DNA from: Nitrososphaerales archaeon
GTDB lineage: Archaea > Thermoproteota > Nitrososphaeria > Nitrososphaerales > UBA213
Direction of reading: 5' to 3'
Length of the DNA stretch: 64,000 nt
Assembly (NCBI GenBank): GCA_965197925.1
Contig: CBDAOC010000017.1
Span: 1-64,000 of the forward strand
Made by a program: the position numbers and the translations under genes. Below, one piece after another: positions 1-10,609 of this stretch (its first letter is position 1; each line of letters opens with the position of its first letter). Below the pieces are notes generated by a model that saw only the letters and a program-made list of their open reading frames with translations, did no database searches and was not told the DNA's origin.

Positions 1-998
1 CCAGAGTTGCTCCCAGAGGTCTTTATACATCGGGAAGGGGTTCCACTGCTGCTGGTCTAACAGCTGCGGTAATTCGAGATAAGAGTGGGATATTGATGCT
101 TGAAGCTGGTGCTGTAGTTCTAGGGGATCAGGGTCTTGTCTGTATAGACGAGTTCGACAAGATGAAGCCTGAGGATAGAAGTGCGTTACATGAAGTAATG
201 GAACAGCAGTCGTGTAGCGTTGCAAAGGGTGGTATTGTTGCTACGTTGAACGCAAGAACTTCCATACTTGCAGCAGCAAACCCACTACTGGGAAAATACG
301 ATCCATTCAGAAACATAACTGAAAATGTTAACCTCCCTATTCCACTGTTAACTAGGTTCGACCTAGTCTTTGCAATTCGGGACGAACCTAAGAGAGAATC
401 TGATTCGCATATTGCAAGGCACATACTTGGCATTCATAGGAGAGGTATGTATGATGTTGTGCCGAACCTTGACATCGATATGCTAAGCAAATACCTTGCA
501 TATTCGAAGCTCTTCGTTCCCGTCCTGAGTCAGGAAGCTGAAGACAAGATCTTCGATTATTATCTTCAAATGAGGAATGTTGATTCTGAAGATATGATAA
601 CGGTAACACCCAGACAGTTGGAGGCTTTGGTTAGATTGGCTACTGCGCGTGCTAGATTGCTATTAAAGGATAAAGTTGATGAGAGTGATGCAGAAAGAGC
701 AATCTATCTTGTCAGCAATATGCTTCATACTGTAGGAGTGGACGTGAGGACGGGTAAGGTCGATCTCGGTGTAATGCATGGAATGCCACAGAGTGAGAGA
801 TCCAAGCTGCAGATGTTTTATGATCAATTCAATGCATTAACGGGCAAGGATAAGAACCCTGTTGAAGGCAAGCAGTTGATAGATGCACTTGTAAAGTCTG
901 GCAAGTTTACAGAAGAGGAGGCACAGTCACTCCTAACTAGGGCCAACAGACAGGGAATTATTTATGAAGTGATGAGTGGTTTCTACAAGCGGGCATGA
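1..998 (+). CDS. mcm: MCM replicative helicase, C-terminal part (starts before the window)
   Basis: Frame open from base 3 (YTSGRGSTAAGLTA); LEAGAVVL, Walker B IDEFDKM, AAANP, TRFDL, TPRQLEALVRL; C-terminal winged helix. Confidence 0.97.
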   Translation, partial: RVAPRGLYTSGRGSTAAGLTAAVIRDKSGILMLEAGAVVLGDQGLVCIDEFDKMKPEDRSALHEVMEQQSCSVAKGGIVATLNARTSILAAANPLLGKYDPFRNITENVNLPIPLLTRFDLVFAIRDEPKRESDSHIARHILGIHRRGMYDVVPNLDIDMLSKYLAYSKLFVPVLSQEAEDKIFDYYLQMRNVDSEDMITVTPRQLEALVRLATARARLLLKDKVDESDAERAIYLVSNMLHTVGVDVRTGKVDLGVMHGMPQSERSKLQMFYDQFNALTGKDKNPVEGKQLIDALVKSGKFTEEEAQSLLTRANRQGIIYEVMSGFYKRA

Positions 999-3136
999 CG
1001 CTTGATGTTCTGGATTTGGATATACCTGGCGAGCTAAAGATCCTTTTCGAAAAGCTTGGGTATAAAACACTATTTCCTCCGCAAGAGGAGGCGGTAAGAC
1101 AAGGTCTTCTAGCTGGGAAGAATCTTCTTGTAACTACTCCAACGGCAAGTGGAAAGACCCTGATTGCGATGCTCGCTGCTACAAAAACAATTTTTGAAAG
1201 AAATGCAAAAGTAATTTATCTTACACCTTTACGCGCCCTTGCAAGTGAAAAGCTTGCAGAGTTCAGAATATTCGAGAATCTGAAAATGAAAGATGGTAGG
1301 AGGATAAAGGTATTATTATCAACAGGAGATTATGACGGTATAAACGAAGGTCTTAAGAATGGAGATATCATAATTTTAACAAACGAAAAGATGGACTCCA
1401 TAATGAGGCATGGAGCGGAATGGATCGATGATGTAGGGCTATTCATTGCAGATGAGATACATCTGTTGGGTGATAAGGCTAGAGGCCCAACGTTAGAAAT
1501 GATGTTGACGAAGGTGAAGATGCAACAGAACAATGCACAACTTTTAGCATTAAGCGCCACAGTATCAAATGCCAATGAAGTAGCATCATGGCTGGGATGC
1601 AAATTGATTAGCAATAACTGGAGGCCTACAGATCTGATTGAAGGGGTCTATGATTATGGTTCTGTAAAACTACAGGATGGTAACATCATTAGCATAGAAA
1701 CTACTGGCAGGGGAGCACCGATTGATTTAGCAATAGATTCCATTACAAATGGAGGCCAGGTTTTGATATTTGCAGAAACTAGGAAACGAGCGGTTGCACT
1801 GGCAACAAAATCATCAGAGCTTGTTAAACGGTTTCTTAGTGATAAAGAGAAAATACAGGCTGAAGAGGTAGCTAGTAAAATACTAAGGGGTAATGATACT
1901 GAACTTACACTTAATCTATCAGAACTTGTTAAGAGTGGAGTCGGATTCCATCATGCTGGTCTGAATCCAGTGAGCAGACAGGTTTTGGAAGATGCATTTA
2001 GAGGTGGAGTGATCAAAATTCTTACTGCAACACCAACGCTAGCTGCCGGTGTCAACCTGCCCGCTAGAAGAGTTGTAATAAGCAGTATCACGAGGTACGA
2101 TTATGAGTATGGCGCGAGTGTTCCAATAAGTGTTTTAGAATACAAGCAACTCTGCGGGCGTGCGGGCAGACCGAAGTTCGATACCCGTGGAGAAGCAATT
2201 GTAGTGGCGCCTAATGCAAACGCGGAAGAGATATTTGAGCATTACGTACGTGGTACACCAGAACCCCTTCATTCAAAGCTTATTGATGATAGAGCTATAA
2301 GGATTCATTTACTAAGCACTATCGCAGCTATACCTGGAATAAAAAGGAAGGAGATAGAGATCTTGTTCTCAAACACCCTCCTGGGAAAACAATACAGAAA
2401 GTCAACGATCAACGCGAAGGTTAACTCTGCTTTGGATTATTTGCAGCTTCAAGAGATGATAACGAAACGAGGTGAGAGGTTCTCCGCAAGCAAATTCGGG
2501 AAGAGAACTTCATTGTTGTATATAGATCCTTTGACGGCAGTTGAATTCAAACAAGCTTTGTTAAATGCAAAAAATGATGGGAAACACACTCTCGGTTTCC
2601 TACATATAGTTACTGACTGTACGGATTTTTTTCCGAAACTTCAGTTACGCAGCAAGGATGTTGAGGAAGTTCAGATGTTAGTTGATGAATATGAACATGA
2701 ATTATTATTTGATGTTAATGAATACGATTGTTCTAGAAGCTTACTTGCACTTCATGCATGGACGCAAGAATATACGGATAAACAAATACTCACAGTGTTT
2801 GGAGTGGAGCCCGGTGATATGTACAGAATTGTGGAAACGAGTGATTGGTTGCTACATTCGTTATTCGAAGTTGCAAAGTTAATTTCACGGGAGGATATTC
2901 TTCAAGAGATATACATGTTGAGGAAGCGTGTAAAGTACGGAATCAAGGAAGAGCTCATGCCAATAGTATCTCTTGAGGGCGTGGGGAGAGTTAGAGCAAG
3001 GGGACTTTATGATGCTGGTTATAAGGACATAAGAAGTATACAGAAGGTATCTATAGAGAAACTTGCCTCAGTGCAGAAGATTGGTGATGGACTGGCAAGA
3101 AAGATAAAGGAACAGCTGAATAAGGGGCCACAATGA
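995..3136 (+). CDS. hel308: Hel308/Ski2-like SF2 DNA helicase
   Basis: PTASGKT, DEIH, LSAT, FHHAGL, TPTLAAGVNLPA, GRAGRP, C-terminal HhH GVGRVRAR; ATGA overlap with mcm. Confidence 0.95.
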   Translation: MTLDVLDLDIPGELKILFEKLGYKTLFPPQEEAVRQGLLAGKNLLVTTPTASGKTLIAMLAATKTIFERNAKVIYLTPLRALASEKLAEFRIFENLKMKDGRRIKVLLSTGDYDGINEGLKNGDIIILTNEKMDSIMRHGAEWIDDVGLFIADEIHLLGDKARGPTLEMMLTKVKMQQNNAQLLALSATVSNANEVASWLGCKLISNNWRPTDLIEGVYDYGSVKLQDGNIISIETTGRGAPIDLAIDSITNGGQVLIFAETRKRAVALATKSSELVKRFLSDKEKIQAEEVASKILRGNDTELTLNLSELVKSGVGFHHAGLNPVSRQVLEDAFRGGVIKILTATPTLAAGVNLPARRVVISSITRYDYEYGASVPISVLEYKQLCGRAGRPKFDTRGEAIVVAPNANAEEIFEHYVRGTPEPLHSKLIDDRAIRIHLLSTIAAIPGIKRKEIEILFSNTLLGKQYRKSTINAKVNSALDYLQLQEMITKRGERFSASKFGKRTSLLYIDPLTAVEFKQALLNAKNDGKHTLGFLHIVTDCTDFFPKLQLRSKDVEEVQMLVDEYEHELLFDVNEYDCSRSLLALHAWTQEYTDKQILTVFGVEPGDMYRIVETSDWLLHSLFEVAKLISREDILQEIYMLRKRVKYGIKEELMPIVSLEGVGRVRARGLYDAGYKDIRSIQKVSIEKLASVQKIGDGLARKIKEQLNKGPQ

Positions 3137-4119
3137 GTTTCATATTTGCGGTGATCGTATCAGCAATAGTATTTCTCATGACCTACTTCCTTACACCACC
3201 TTTTATCAGGTATCTTCAAGGGCAGGGGATGACAGTGCAAGATTATCATAAACCTGACAATAAGCAAGTACCAAGACCTGGGGGGCCAATCATTATTGTT
3301 TCACTAACTATTGCCGAAATAACACTCTTCTTCTTTACAATGAGTGCGGATGTATTGGCAATTTTGCTTGTCACATTAATTGCGTTCTTCATAGGCTACG
3401 TTGATGATAGAAGGGTCATGCCTGGATATTTTAAGCCAATTGCTCTACTTATTGCCGCTACGCCCATAATACTACTAGGCACGTACGACTTTAATCTTGA
3501 CTTTCCGTTATTTAGCTCTGCAAGAATACCGCTGCTGTACATAGGCTTGATCTTTTTAATGATTACGATAACTGGTAATACTGTAAATTCTATTGATGTA
3601 TTGAATGGCGTAGTAAGCGGCTTCATGGCTATTGCAACCGTGCCCCTAATGGTCGCCTTGTTTCTGAAAGGTAATATTGAGATATTGCTTGCTACATTGA
3701 CATTGTTCTTTTCAGCACTGACATTTTACAAGTATCACAAATATCCCAGCAGAATATTTCCTGGAGATTCCAGTGTGCTTACATGGGGTGCTATGTATGG
3801 AGCCATTGCAATAGTTGGAGAAGTAGAATTTGTGGCAATAATCGCATTATTACCTGCAATAATAAACTCCTTTCTCTTTCTTGCTAGTGTAAAGCGAATA
3901 GTTGAGCATAGAAGAGTGAAATCCAGACCCGTGATCCTGCTTGATGATTATAAATTAATGGCATCCAAGGAAAAGACTGCTCCTGCAACTCTAGTAAGGA
4001 TGATACTTGCCAACGGTCCCCTGCATGAGAATAAGATAACTAGAAACATATTCAAACTTGCAGGGTTTTCTGCTGGTTTGGCTATATTTACTGCACTTCT
4101 CGTCGGTGTTACAATATGA
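3133..4119 (+). CDS. MraY/GPT family UDP-GlcNAc:polyprenyl-phosphate GlcNAc-1-phosphate transferase
   Basis: Multi-TM; VPRPGG, GYVDD, NTVNSIDVLNG, IFPGDS motifs. Confidence 0.88.
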   Translation: MSFIFAVIVSAIVFLMTYFLTPPFIRYLQGQGMTVQDYHKPDNKQVPRPGGPIIIVSLTIAEITLFFFTMSADVLAILLVTLIAFFIGYVDDRRVMPGYFKPIALLIAATPIILLGTYDFNLDFPLFSSARIPLLYIGLIFLMITITGNTVNSIDVLNGVVSGFMAIATVPLMVALFLKGNIEILLATLTLFFSALTFYKYHKYPSRIFPGDSSVLTWGAMYGAIAIVGEVEFVAIIALLPAIINSFLFLASVKRIVEHRRVKSRPVILLDDYKLMASKEKTAPATLVRMILANGPLHENKITRNIFKLAGFSAGLAIFTALLVGVTI

Positions 4120-4340
4120 GGTTGGTCTTTCTTCTTGGTTACATCGTAATAATGTGGGCTCTCCTTATGATTGGTTCATTCATTCTAATCAAGATAATCG
4201 CACCCATAGAACTCGAAGGCAGCGAATTCCTAACATCAGTTTCCAAAGGAGTTATTGCATTATTAATGGTAGCGATGTGGCTATACATACTCGTCGCAAT
4301 AAAGAATTCTTACATAGGGCATAAGCTTGTAGGAAATTGA
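4116..4340 (+). CDS. Small two-TM membrane protein
   Basis: 74 aa, two hydrophobic helices, ATGA-coupled to the upstream gene. Confidence 0.7.
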   Translation: MRLVFLLGYIVIMWALLMIGSFILIKIIAPIELEGSEFLTSVSKGVIALLMVAMWLYILVAIKNSYIGHKLVGN

Positions 4341-4344
4341 ACAA

Positions 4345-4839
4345 CTACCTCTCCCACTCCTTCCTCTTTTTATTGTAAGTTTCTAGATTGTAATTACGTT
4401 TTTCTTTTGCAGGTACACCCATTACTACCGTATTTGCTGGAACATCTTTCGTAATGATCGACCCCATAGCAACTACACTATTTTTTCCAATTCTAATTCC
4501 AGCTTTGATAACAGCTCCTGCACTTATTACCGCGTTATCTTCTATTACTACACCTGCCCACCGCACGCTAGGTGGATAGGGATCATTTGTAAGTACCACA
4601 GAGGGGCCTATGAAAACATTCTTTCCAATTCTGCTCTTAGGTGGAATGTATGCCATTCCTTCTATGCGAGTGTTATCGCCTATTTTAACGTCGTAATCTA
4701 TATGAGCCAGTGAACCGATCATTACGTTATTACCAATTATAGTTCGATCACCAACATATGCAAAATGCCATATCTTTACGCTCTTGCCTCTCTTGACATT
4801 CTTGCCAATGAAGTTGATGACTCTCACTTTAGGTGCCAT
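4345..4839 (-). CDS. Hexapeptide-repeat N-acetyltransferase (WbpD-like)
   Basis: IWHFAYV, IGxN repeats, FIGPSVVLTNDPYP, VVMGVPA. Confidence 0.88.
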   Translation of the reverse strand: MAPKVRVINFIGKNVKRGKSVKIWHFAYVGDRTIIGNNVMIGSLAHIDYDVKIGDNTRIEGMAYIPPKSRIGKNVFIGPSVVLTNDPYPPSVRWAGVVIEDNAVISAGAVIKAGIRIGKNSVVAMGSIITKDVPANTVVMGVPAKEKRNYNLETYNKKRKEWER

Positions 4840-5096
4840 GGTTTGCCCTCATTGACTATCTTTTTTGGTAACTTTTCCTTCCAACGTTCCAAGAATTCGA
4901 TGTCATTAGATTTCCTTCTCAACTCATCTGGTAGCATGATGGGGATCTCCTCTATTATAGGATAGAAACGCCAACACTTGCTACAAAATAATGACCCATT
5001 AATAATTACATCCCCGTTCGATTCAAGTTCATAAATCTCAAGCGGATGATTCTTGTCTATAGGACACGCCAGTATATCGATCATTTGTTTTTTCAT
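4824..5096 (-). CDS. Trm112-family protein
   Basis: DILACPIDK...LFCSKCWRFYPIIEEIPIMLPDELR. Confidence 0.9.
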   Translation of the reverse strand: MKKQMIDILACPIDKNHPLEIYELESNGDVIINGSLFCSKCWRFYPIIEEIPIMLPDELRRKSNDIEFLERWKEKLPKKIVNEGKPWHLK

Positions 5097-6031
5097 TTCA
5101 GCTCAAGATAAATAGGAGAACCTGTTTTACTTGAAAGTAACGCCGCTTCTGCAACTGTGGTAGTGTTAATGGCATCATCTATACTGATCAAGGGTTCAGA
5201 ATTCTTCTCAATAGCATTTATAAAATTTTTCAGTTCAAGCGTCAAAGGTTCCTCCAACTTTCTACTTGGTGTAACAGTGTCTCCTCCCTCATCGATCTTA
5301 ATTTCCTGTGTTATAAAATCCCCCGTTATGATGGCATCTGTGCATACAGCAATGAACTGACGAACCTTCTTTGGTGTGATCCAGTTTGAAGCAATGAAAG
5401 CTATCTTCTGATTCTTGAAACCAAGGACTATAGCTGCGAAATCTTCATGTGTTCCCCTTGTACTCCCAGCTCTAGCAAAAACCAAATGAGGTTTATCATC
5501 AAAAAGGTATAATGCAGTGTCAATATCATGCACCGAAGTATCGTATATTATTCCTACATCATGAATGTTTAATGGCATCCTGTTCTCCCTATGAAATTCG
5601 AGCATAAGCAAATCCCCATATTTCTTTTGTGAAATAAAGTTCTTTACATCATTAACTGCTGGGTTAAAACGTTCTATGTACCCGGTAGTTAGAACAACTT
5701 TATTGCGTTTTGCTATGTCACGCATCTGTTCGCATTCCGCCGATGAAGGCGCCATAGGTTTTTCAACCAAGACGCCTATTTGATTTTCCATGAAATATCT
5801 GGCCACTCCAAAATGGGTAGAAGAAGGTGTGCTAATTATTACCCCATCAATTTTTTCATTTTTAAGCATCTCGTCTATAACCGTGTATGGTTTGACATTG
5901 TACTTATCGGCAAAAGTTTTCGCTCTAACGGCATCAACGTCACAGATTGCACTCAAAGAACCTAATTCCGAAAGAACCCTTGCATGATTCTTGCCCCATC
6001 CTCCTACACCAACAACAGCTATTTTTGCCAT
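5093..6031 (-). CDS. Gfo/Idh/MocA NAD-dependent oxidoreductase (WbpB-like)
   Basis: GVGGWG, VLVEKP, GYIERFNPA, DTSVHDID. Confidence 0.9.
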   Translation of the reverse strand: MAKIAVVGVGGWGKNHARVLSELGSLSAICDVDAVRAKTFADKYNVKPYTVIDEMLKNEKIDGVIISTPSSTHFGVARYFMENQIGVLVEKPMAPSSAECEQMRDIAKRNKVVLTTGYIERFNPAVNDVKNFISQKKYGDLLMLEFHRENRMPLNIHDVGIIYDTSVHDIDTALYLFDDKPHLVFARAGSTRGTHEDFAAIVLGFKNQKIAFIASNWITPKKVRQFIAVCTDAIITGDFITQEIKIDEGGDTVTPSRKLEEPLTLELKNFINAIEKNSEPLISIDDAINTTTVAEAALLSSKTGSPIYLELK

Positions 6032-6036
6032 GGATA

Positions 6037-6954
6037 CTACCAGACTGGTACCAGCCAGTGCATGTAGGACTTGATATCAGCCCTAACAGCTTTGGAATAA
6101 GTCTCCCGTATACTTTTTGAGACAGGTCCCTCTTCACCATCACCTATTTTATGTCCGTCAACACTGATTACTGGAGTAACTTCAGCTGCCGTTCCAGTAA
6201 GAAAAATTTCATCACTAATGTAAAGTTCCGTTCTAGGAATTGCACGTTCAGTCAAATCATAACCCAGATCTTTTGCCAGACTGATGGCAGTATCTCTAGT
6301 TATTCCCTCGAGGACGGAAGATGATATTGGAGGAGTGTAAATTTTTCCGTCCCTTACTACGAAAACGTTTTCCCCAGGAGCTTCACTAACCAATCCGTAG
6401 TTGTCCAGCATTATGGCTTCGTCGTAGCCATTCCTCTTGCATTCCTGAGTTGCAAGAACTGAGTTAAGATAGTTACCACCAGCTTTTGCAACCGGTGGTG
6501 TAGATAGATCATTTATTCGTCTCCAAGTAGATATACAAACTCTTATTCCGTTTGAATTAAGGTACTGATCGAATGTGAACAAAAGTATAGCTACATGTGA
6601 AGGCGATTTTTCACTCACACTTAGATCTATTCCATGGAAGCCCACAAATGCAATAGGTCTAATGTAACAGGAAGTTTTGATCTGGTTATTTTTTATTACT
6701 TCAAGGGTAGCATCAATAAGTTCCTTCACTCTATATTTTATATTTATGGAGTAAATGCCTGCAGAACTGCACAGTCTTTTCATATGGTCCTCAAGCCTGA
6801 AGATGTATAGGTTTTCCTTAGCAGCATATGCCCTTATGCCCTCTATGACACTTGTGCCATAATGCATTGCATGAGTCATCACAGGTACCTTCGCATCTTC
6901 CCACTTTATTATCTCACCGTCAAACCATACATTGCTAAATTCTTTGAACTGCAT
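6037..6954 (-). CDS. ilvE: Branched-chain amino acid aminotransferase
   Basis: HYGTSVIEGIRAY, YIRP, AKAGGNY, EAPGENVF, LEGITR, FLTGTAAEV. Confidence 0.95.
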   Translation of the reverse strand: MQFKEFSNVWFDGEIIKWEDAKVPVMTHAMHYGTSVIEGIRAYAAKENLYIFRLEDHMKRLCSSAGIYSINIKYRVKELIDATLEVIKNNQIKTSCYIRPIAFVGFHGIDLSVSEKSPSHVAILLFTFDQYLNSNGIRVCISTWRRINDLSTPPVAKAGGNYLNSVLATQECKRNGYDEAIMLDNYGLVSEAPGENVFVVRDGKIYTPPISSSVLEGITRDTAISLAKDLGYDLTERAIPRTELYISDEIFLTGTAAEVTPVISVDGHKIGDGEEGPVSKSIRETYSKAVRADIKSYMHWLVPVW

Positions 6955-7433
6955 CCTTCAACGAGAAACCTAATCAGTTATAAAAAGTTTCAAACTTATG
7001 ATTGGATTAGGATGTTCACACTACATGTTCAATACTCTGGAGAGATCAAAAAAGATTCATGTTATCCATGATGAATCGGTCGATGAGTTAACAGTGCTTA
7101 GCCTATAATGAAAGATTAAATAATTTTCTACACTTGGCATTGATTGGTGAAACTAAAGATGAAAGCCGTAAATTATTGTAAGAAATTTATCCTGAGGAAT
7201 GAGTCCTATTCAATGGTTTTGGAACAAATGGTGGTTTCATAGAAAAGAATAATCTTAGAAAAACAGTTTTTCCCAACGTTCTAGTTCTGCCTTGTATTCT
7301 GGCTCTGGGACAAGCGAAAACAGATTCTGTTCAAGGAAGCTGAACCAAACACCTATCATTCTCAAGCAGTTAGAGCGCATACGCGACGGTTGATATGATA
7401 TACTTGATGAATTTCAAGAGAACATTGATCAGG

Positions 7434-7520
7434 CGGGAGCGGCCGGATTTGAACCGGCGACCTCCAGCGTTCCCGATGTCTTCCCGAGGCTGGTAGTCTA
7501 CCAAGCTAACATACGCTCCC
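7434..7520 (-). tRNA. tRNA-Pro(CGG) with a 13-nt intron at 37/38 (7470-7482)
   Basis: Reverse complement GGGAGCG...CCAGC-CT-CGG-G[AAGACATCGGGAA]C-GCTGG...GGTTCAAATCC...CGCTCCC-G; bulge-helix-bulge-like pairing CTCG/CGGG; TATA-like TTATAAAA about 25 bp upstream. Confidence 0.93.
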
Positions 7521-7699
7521 TAAAGTTGGTTTTAGTATTGTATTTTATAAGACCATTATTTAAGCCTCGATAGCTGCTTTAGACGTTCAAGCAAATTGTG
7601 ATCATTAATAGGAATAACTAATAGTGGTCAGTAGATATAACTAGGCATCAAGGATTGCCGTTATTAGCCCAAGGTTGTCTGTCTTGATGAAATTGGTAG

Positions 7700-8450
7700 T
7701 CTTTACAAATCCTTCAGATGTTCTTACAATGACAGAAAATGTGATTGTAACAATCGTCACCAAGTGGCATCAAGAAGCTCGGGTAGAATCCTCCGTTACA
7801 AATGATAAGGAAATGGAATAAAATTTTGTGTATATAGTTCAAGTCAAAGACCCACTAATGGTTTTACGGCTTATGTATGGACAGATAGGTCACTTCTTCC
7901 AGGGTATTCAAATATTGTAACTTAGCCCTTATTAATCAAGAGGTATGATGGATACCCTATAGAGATCTTTGTGTGGGATAAATAATGGTCCCATGCCGGT
8001 ATCGTCCGGTTACAATTCTTTTTCTTTTAAATTCGGGAATGCTGTATCTCCACGCAAGAGTATAGGTAATTGCTTTGAGGGAATAATTACAAAAATAATT
8101 GATGGTGACACGATATGATGGGATGCGAATACGGCTTGTACTTGTCAAAACACCAGAGACGGAAGAGATGGGATATGCTGAAGCAGCACAATTCATATCC
8201 ACTCTTCGTGGTGATGGTAAGACAGTACTGGTGGATCAGGATGACAGACAAAAGTATGATAAATACAATATGATTATTGTTGTTGTCTATTGCGATAATG
8301 TATTGATTAATGCAGAATTGCTCTTTAAAGATCATGTTGTTATAATGCAGGGTTAATTAAGGTTGTAGAATTTGGTATGAAGATTGGGCAAAGTTTTTTG
8401 GATGTTGACCATATTGCTACCGCAATGGTGGATGGATCTGATTTTTGAAA
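7700..8450 (+). pseudogene. Degraded surface protein: thaumarchaeal Ig-like module followed by a thermonuclease (SNase) domain
   Basis: Broken frames give ESSVTNDKEME*NFVYIVQVKD, YPIEIFVWD, then IIDGDT/RIRLVLVKTPE/DKYN...LINAELL; stops and frameshifts; boundaries approximate. Confidence 0.65.
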
Positions 8451-8651
8451 TCTACCATATCTATTGGTATATGTTAGGTTGTATAGCACAAATATCTTCT
8501 GTCCCATTTCAACGGTAATGTAAATTGCACACACATATAAGATTCTCCTCGAACTTATCAGTTGGGTTGGAAAATCTCATTGTCAATCCTTACTCACATT
8601 TATCAAACTGAATGCTGTTGATAAGCCATTCTCACATACACATGATTCCTT

Positions 8652-9494
8652 TTAACCATAAGATTCATACCTTATATCATGAGAGCCATCAGGCCTCTTC
8701 TTCCTTTGCTCTACAAATCCCAACGGACCCAGCTTCTGCATTGCACCGTCGATGGTTCCCTGCCACCCACAAAGATAAAACATGGTATTCTCCGGTGTTA
8801 TTTTTTCGCCAACAATCTCTTCAAGTACTGATTTTTCTGAACCAGTTGATTGTAGAAATGTTTCAACTCTTCCCTTCTTTCCTCCCCATGATCTGTTTAG
8901 ATGTTCATCGGGTCTGCTTATACTTGTTCTATACCTAAAGTTCCATTTATCACGTCCTTTATCTAAGCTTTCCTCTTCCAGTTCCGTGAGAAGTTGCCTG
9001 TAACCAAGTTCGTCAACATAACTAGCACCGTGCAAAACAACTAGCTCCCTCTTGTCGCCTCTTGTTTTAAGATGCAATGAGAAACTAATGAATGGGGCCA
9101 GACCAGTGCCTCCCCCCATCATAACTATACGCCTTGTATCTTGCGAGCCATCAGGTCTCTTGTCATATATTCCAAAGGGTCCCGTTGGCTTGAGCCAGGA
9201 AATTTCATCGCCCTCTCTCTTTTCAAATATTGCAGATGTAAGTCTTCCTGGAACAGGTTTTTTTACCCAACGAATATAAAGTTCAAAATATTTTTTCTGT
9301 TCGGGTGGAGAGGCAATTGAATAAGCCCTTCTAATCATTTTTCCTCCTTCATTTTTAATTGGCAGACCTAGGGTGATGAATTGACCTGCTTTGAAGTCAG
9401 GAACTGGATTAATCTCAGGTTTTATCCTGATGATGATCAAGTCCTCTTTTAACACCCTTACGTATGAAACAATCCCTTTGTTATCAACTACCAA
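8652..9494 (-). CDS. fpr: Ferredoxin/flavodoxin-NADP+ reductase
   Basis: FKAGQF, RRAYSIAS, GRLT, GGGTGLAPF, YLCG, C-terminal YESYG. Confidence 0.9.
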   Translation of the reverse strand: MVVDNKGIVSYVRVLKEDLIIIRIKPEINPVPDFKAGQFITLGLPIKNEGGKMIRRAYSIASPPEQKKYFELYIRWVKKPVPGRLTSAIFEKREGDEISWLKPTGPFGIYDKRPDGSQDTRRIVMMGGGTGLAPFISFSLHLKTRGDKRELVVLHGASYVDELGYRQLLTELEEESLDKGRDKWNFRYRTSISRPDEHLNRSWGGKKGRVETFLQSTGSEKSVLEEIVGEKITPENTMFYLCGWQGTIDGAMQKLGPLGFVEQRKKRPDGSHDIRYESYG

Positions 9495-9605
9495 ATCTGC
9501 CTAGACCTTCAGCGTTAGCCGCAGTTCAGATAATAAAAATCTTTATGGTTCTTTCTTACTGCTTGAATCGTATGGAGGGAAAGAAAAGCATCATAGAAAA
9601 CGTGA

Positions 9606-10331
9606 CTACCGTTTGCTTATAATTCTGATGTGAGGTTTAAATCTGTCCCAGAAGACACCAAATATCGCACCGAGTACGAACCAAAATAGGGTTGCAGTTA
9701 ATGCACTTGCAACACGGAAGTTATTGACCAAATCCATGGGCGCGGTTATTGCATCCGGGTTGGGGGGTAGAATAATAAATACCCCCGAAATGTATGCCGC
9801 GTACAGCACGGGGATCAAGAATTTTCTATACTTTTTGACTCCCAGTTTTTTGTACAGAAATGCTGATCCTAACGCGCCTAACCCAGAGGCTGCTAGCATA
9901 ACTAGATATAACAACTGTCTGTAGACGATGGTCTCTGGATCTCCAACTGCGGGAGGGTTTGCAGGATACTTTAGAAACGGTATCAGGAAGATCGTGAACC
10001 AAAATATGGTTGCTAGGAACAATCCCTTCTTTATGCCGTTTGAGCCTAACAGAGAGGACCATGAAAATGCGAATACAAGTGCGAATAGACACCCCAGCGA
10101 GAGTCCCAATATGCCACCAGCAAACACCTGACCACCCTTCTGCCATATTCTATACTGCACAATCTCTTCTTGAGAGCCTAAATCTTCGCCTCTTGTTAAA
10201 GCATTTTCAATTTCAAGAGCAATGGCCTGATCGATAAAAGGCTCTGTTACAATCAGGTTGACACTGCCTTGAATTAGACCGCTTATTACTCCTGCAGTTA
10301 AAGCTATACCTATGAAAATTACAAATCTCAA
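9606..10331 (-). CDS. cbtA: Probable cobalt transporter subunit CbtA
   Basis: EPFIDQAIALE, PFLKYPANPPAVGDPETI...RQ, FRVAS; downstream of cbtB. Confidence 0.9.
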   Translation of the reverse strand: MRFVIFIGIALTAGVISGLIQGSVNLIVTEPFIDQAIALEIENALTRGEDLGSQEEIVQYRIWQKGGQVFAGGILGLSLGCLFALVFAFSWSSLLGSNGIKKGLFLATIFWFTIFLIPFLKYPANPPAVGDPETIVYRQLLYLVMLAASGLGALGSAFLYKKLGVKKYRKFLIPVLYAAYISGVFIILPPNPDAITAPMDLVNNFRVASALTATLFWFVLGAIFGVFWDRFKPHIRIISKR

Positions 10332-10343
10332 TTATATCAGTTC

Positions 10344-10556
10344 CTAGTGGCAAGGAAAGCCTGAGGCATGACGCATATCATGGTATAATTCGTGAAGATA
10401 TAGATCTTCAAATGCTTGTTCTCCCATTACAATGCTAAACAAATGTCCCTGGTCGTATCCAACAATGAACACACCAAATGAAAGTATAGCAACTAAAACC
10501 ACCACTGCAAGGGCAGGCAATCTTACACTTTCAATAGTTATCTGCTCGGTTGACAT
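10344..10556 (-). CDS. cbtB: Probable cobalt transporter subunit CbtB
   Basis: One TM helix and signature HELYHDMRHASGFPCH. Confidence 0.92.
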   Translation of the reverse strand: MSTEQITIESVRLPALAVVVLVAILSFGVFIVGYDQGHLFSIVMGEQAFEDLYLHELYHDMRHASGFPCH

Positions 10557-10590
10557 TCTACCATGGGATTCGTTATAGAATATTTAAGGT

Positions 10591-10609
10591 TTAGGATAGT
10601 TTATCCAAT
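10591..10609. promoter_or_regulatory. Candidate metal-regulator operator upstream of cbtBA
   Basis: TTAGGATAGTTTATCCAAT contains the inverted repeat GGATA-N3-TATCC between two TATA-like tracts; resembles DtxR-family boxes. Confidence 0.4.
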
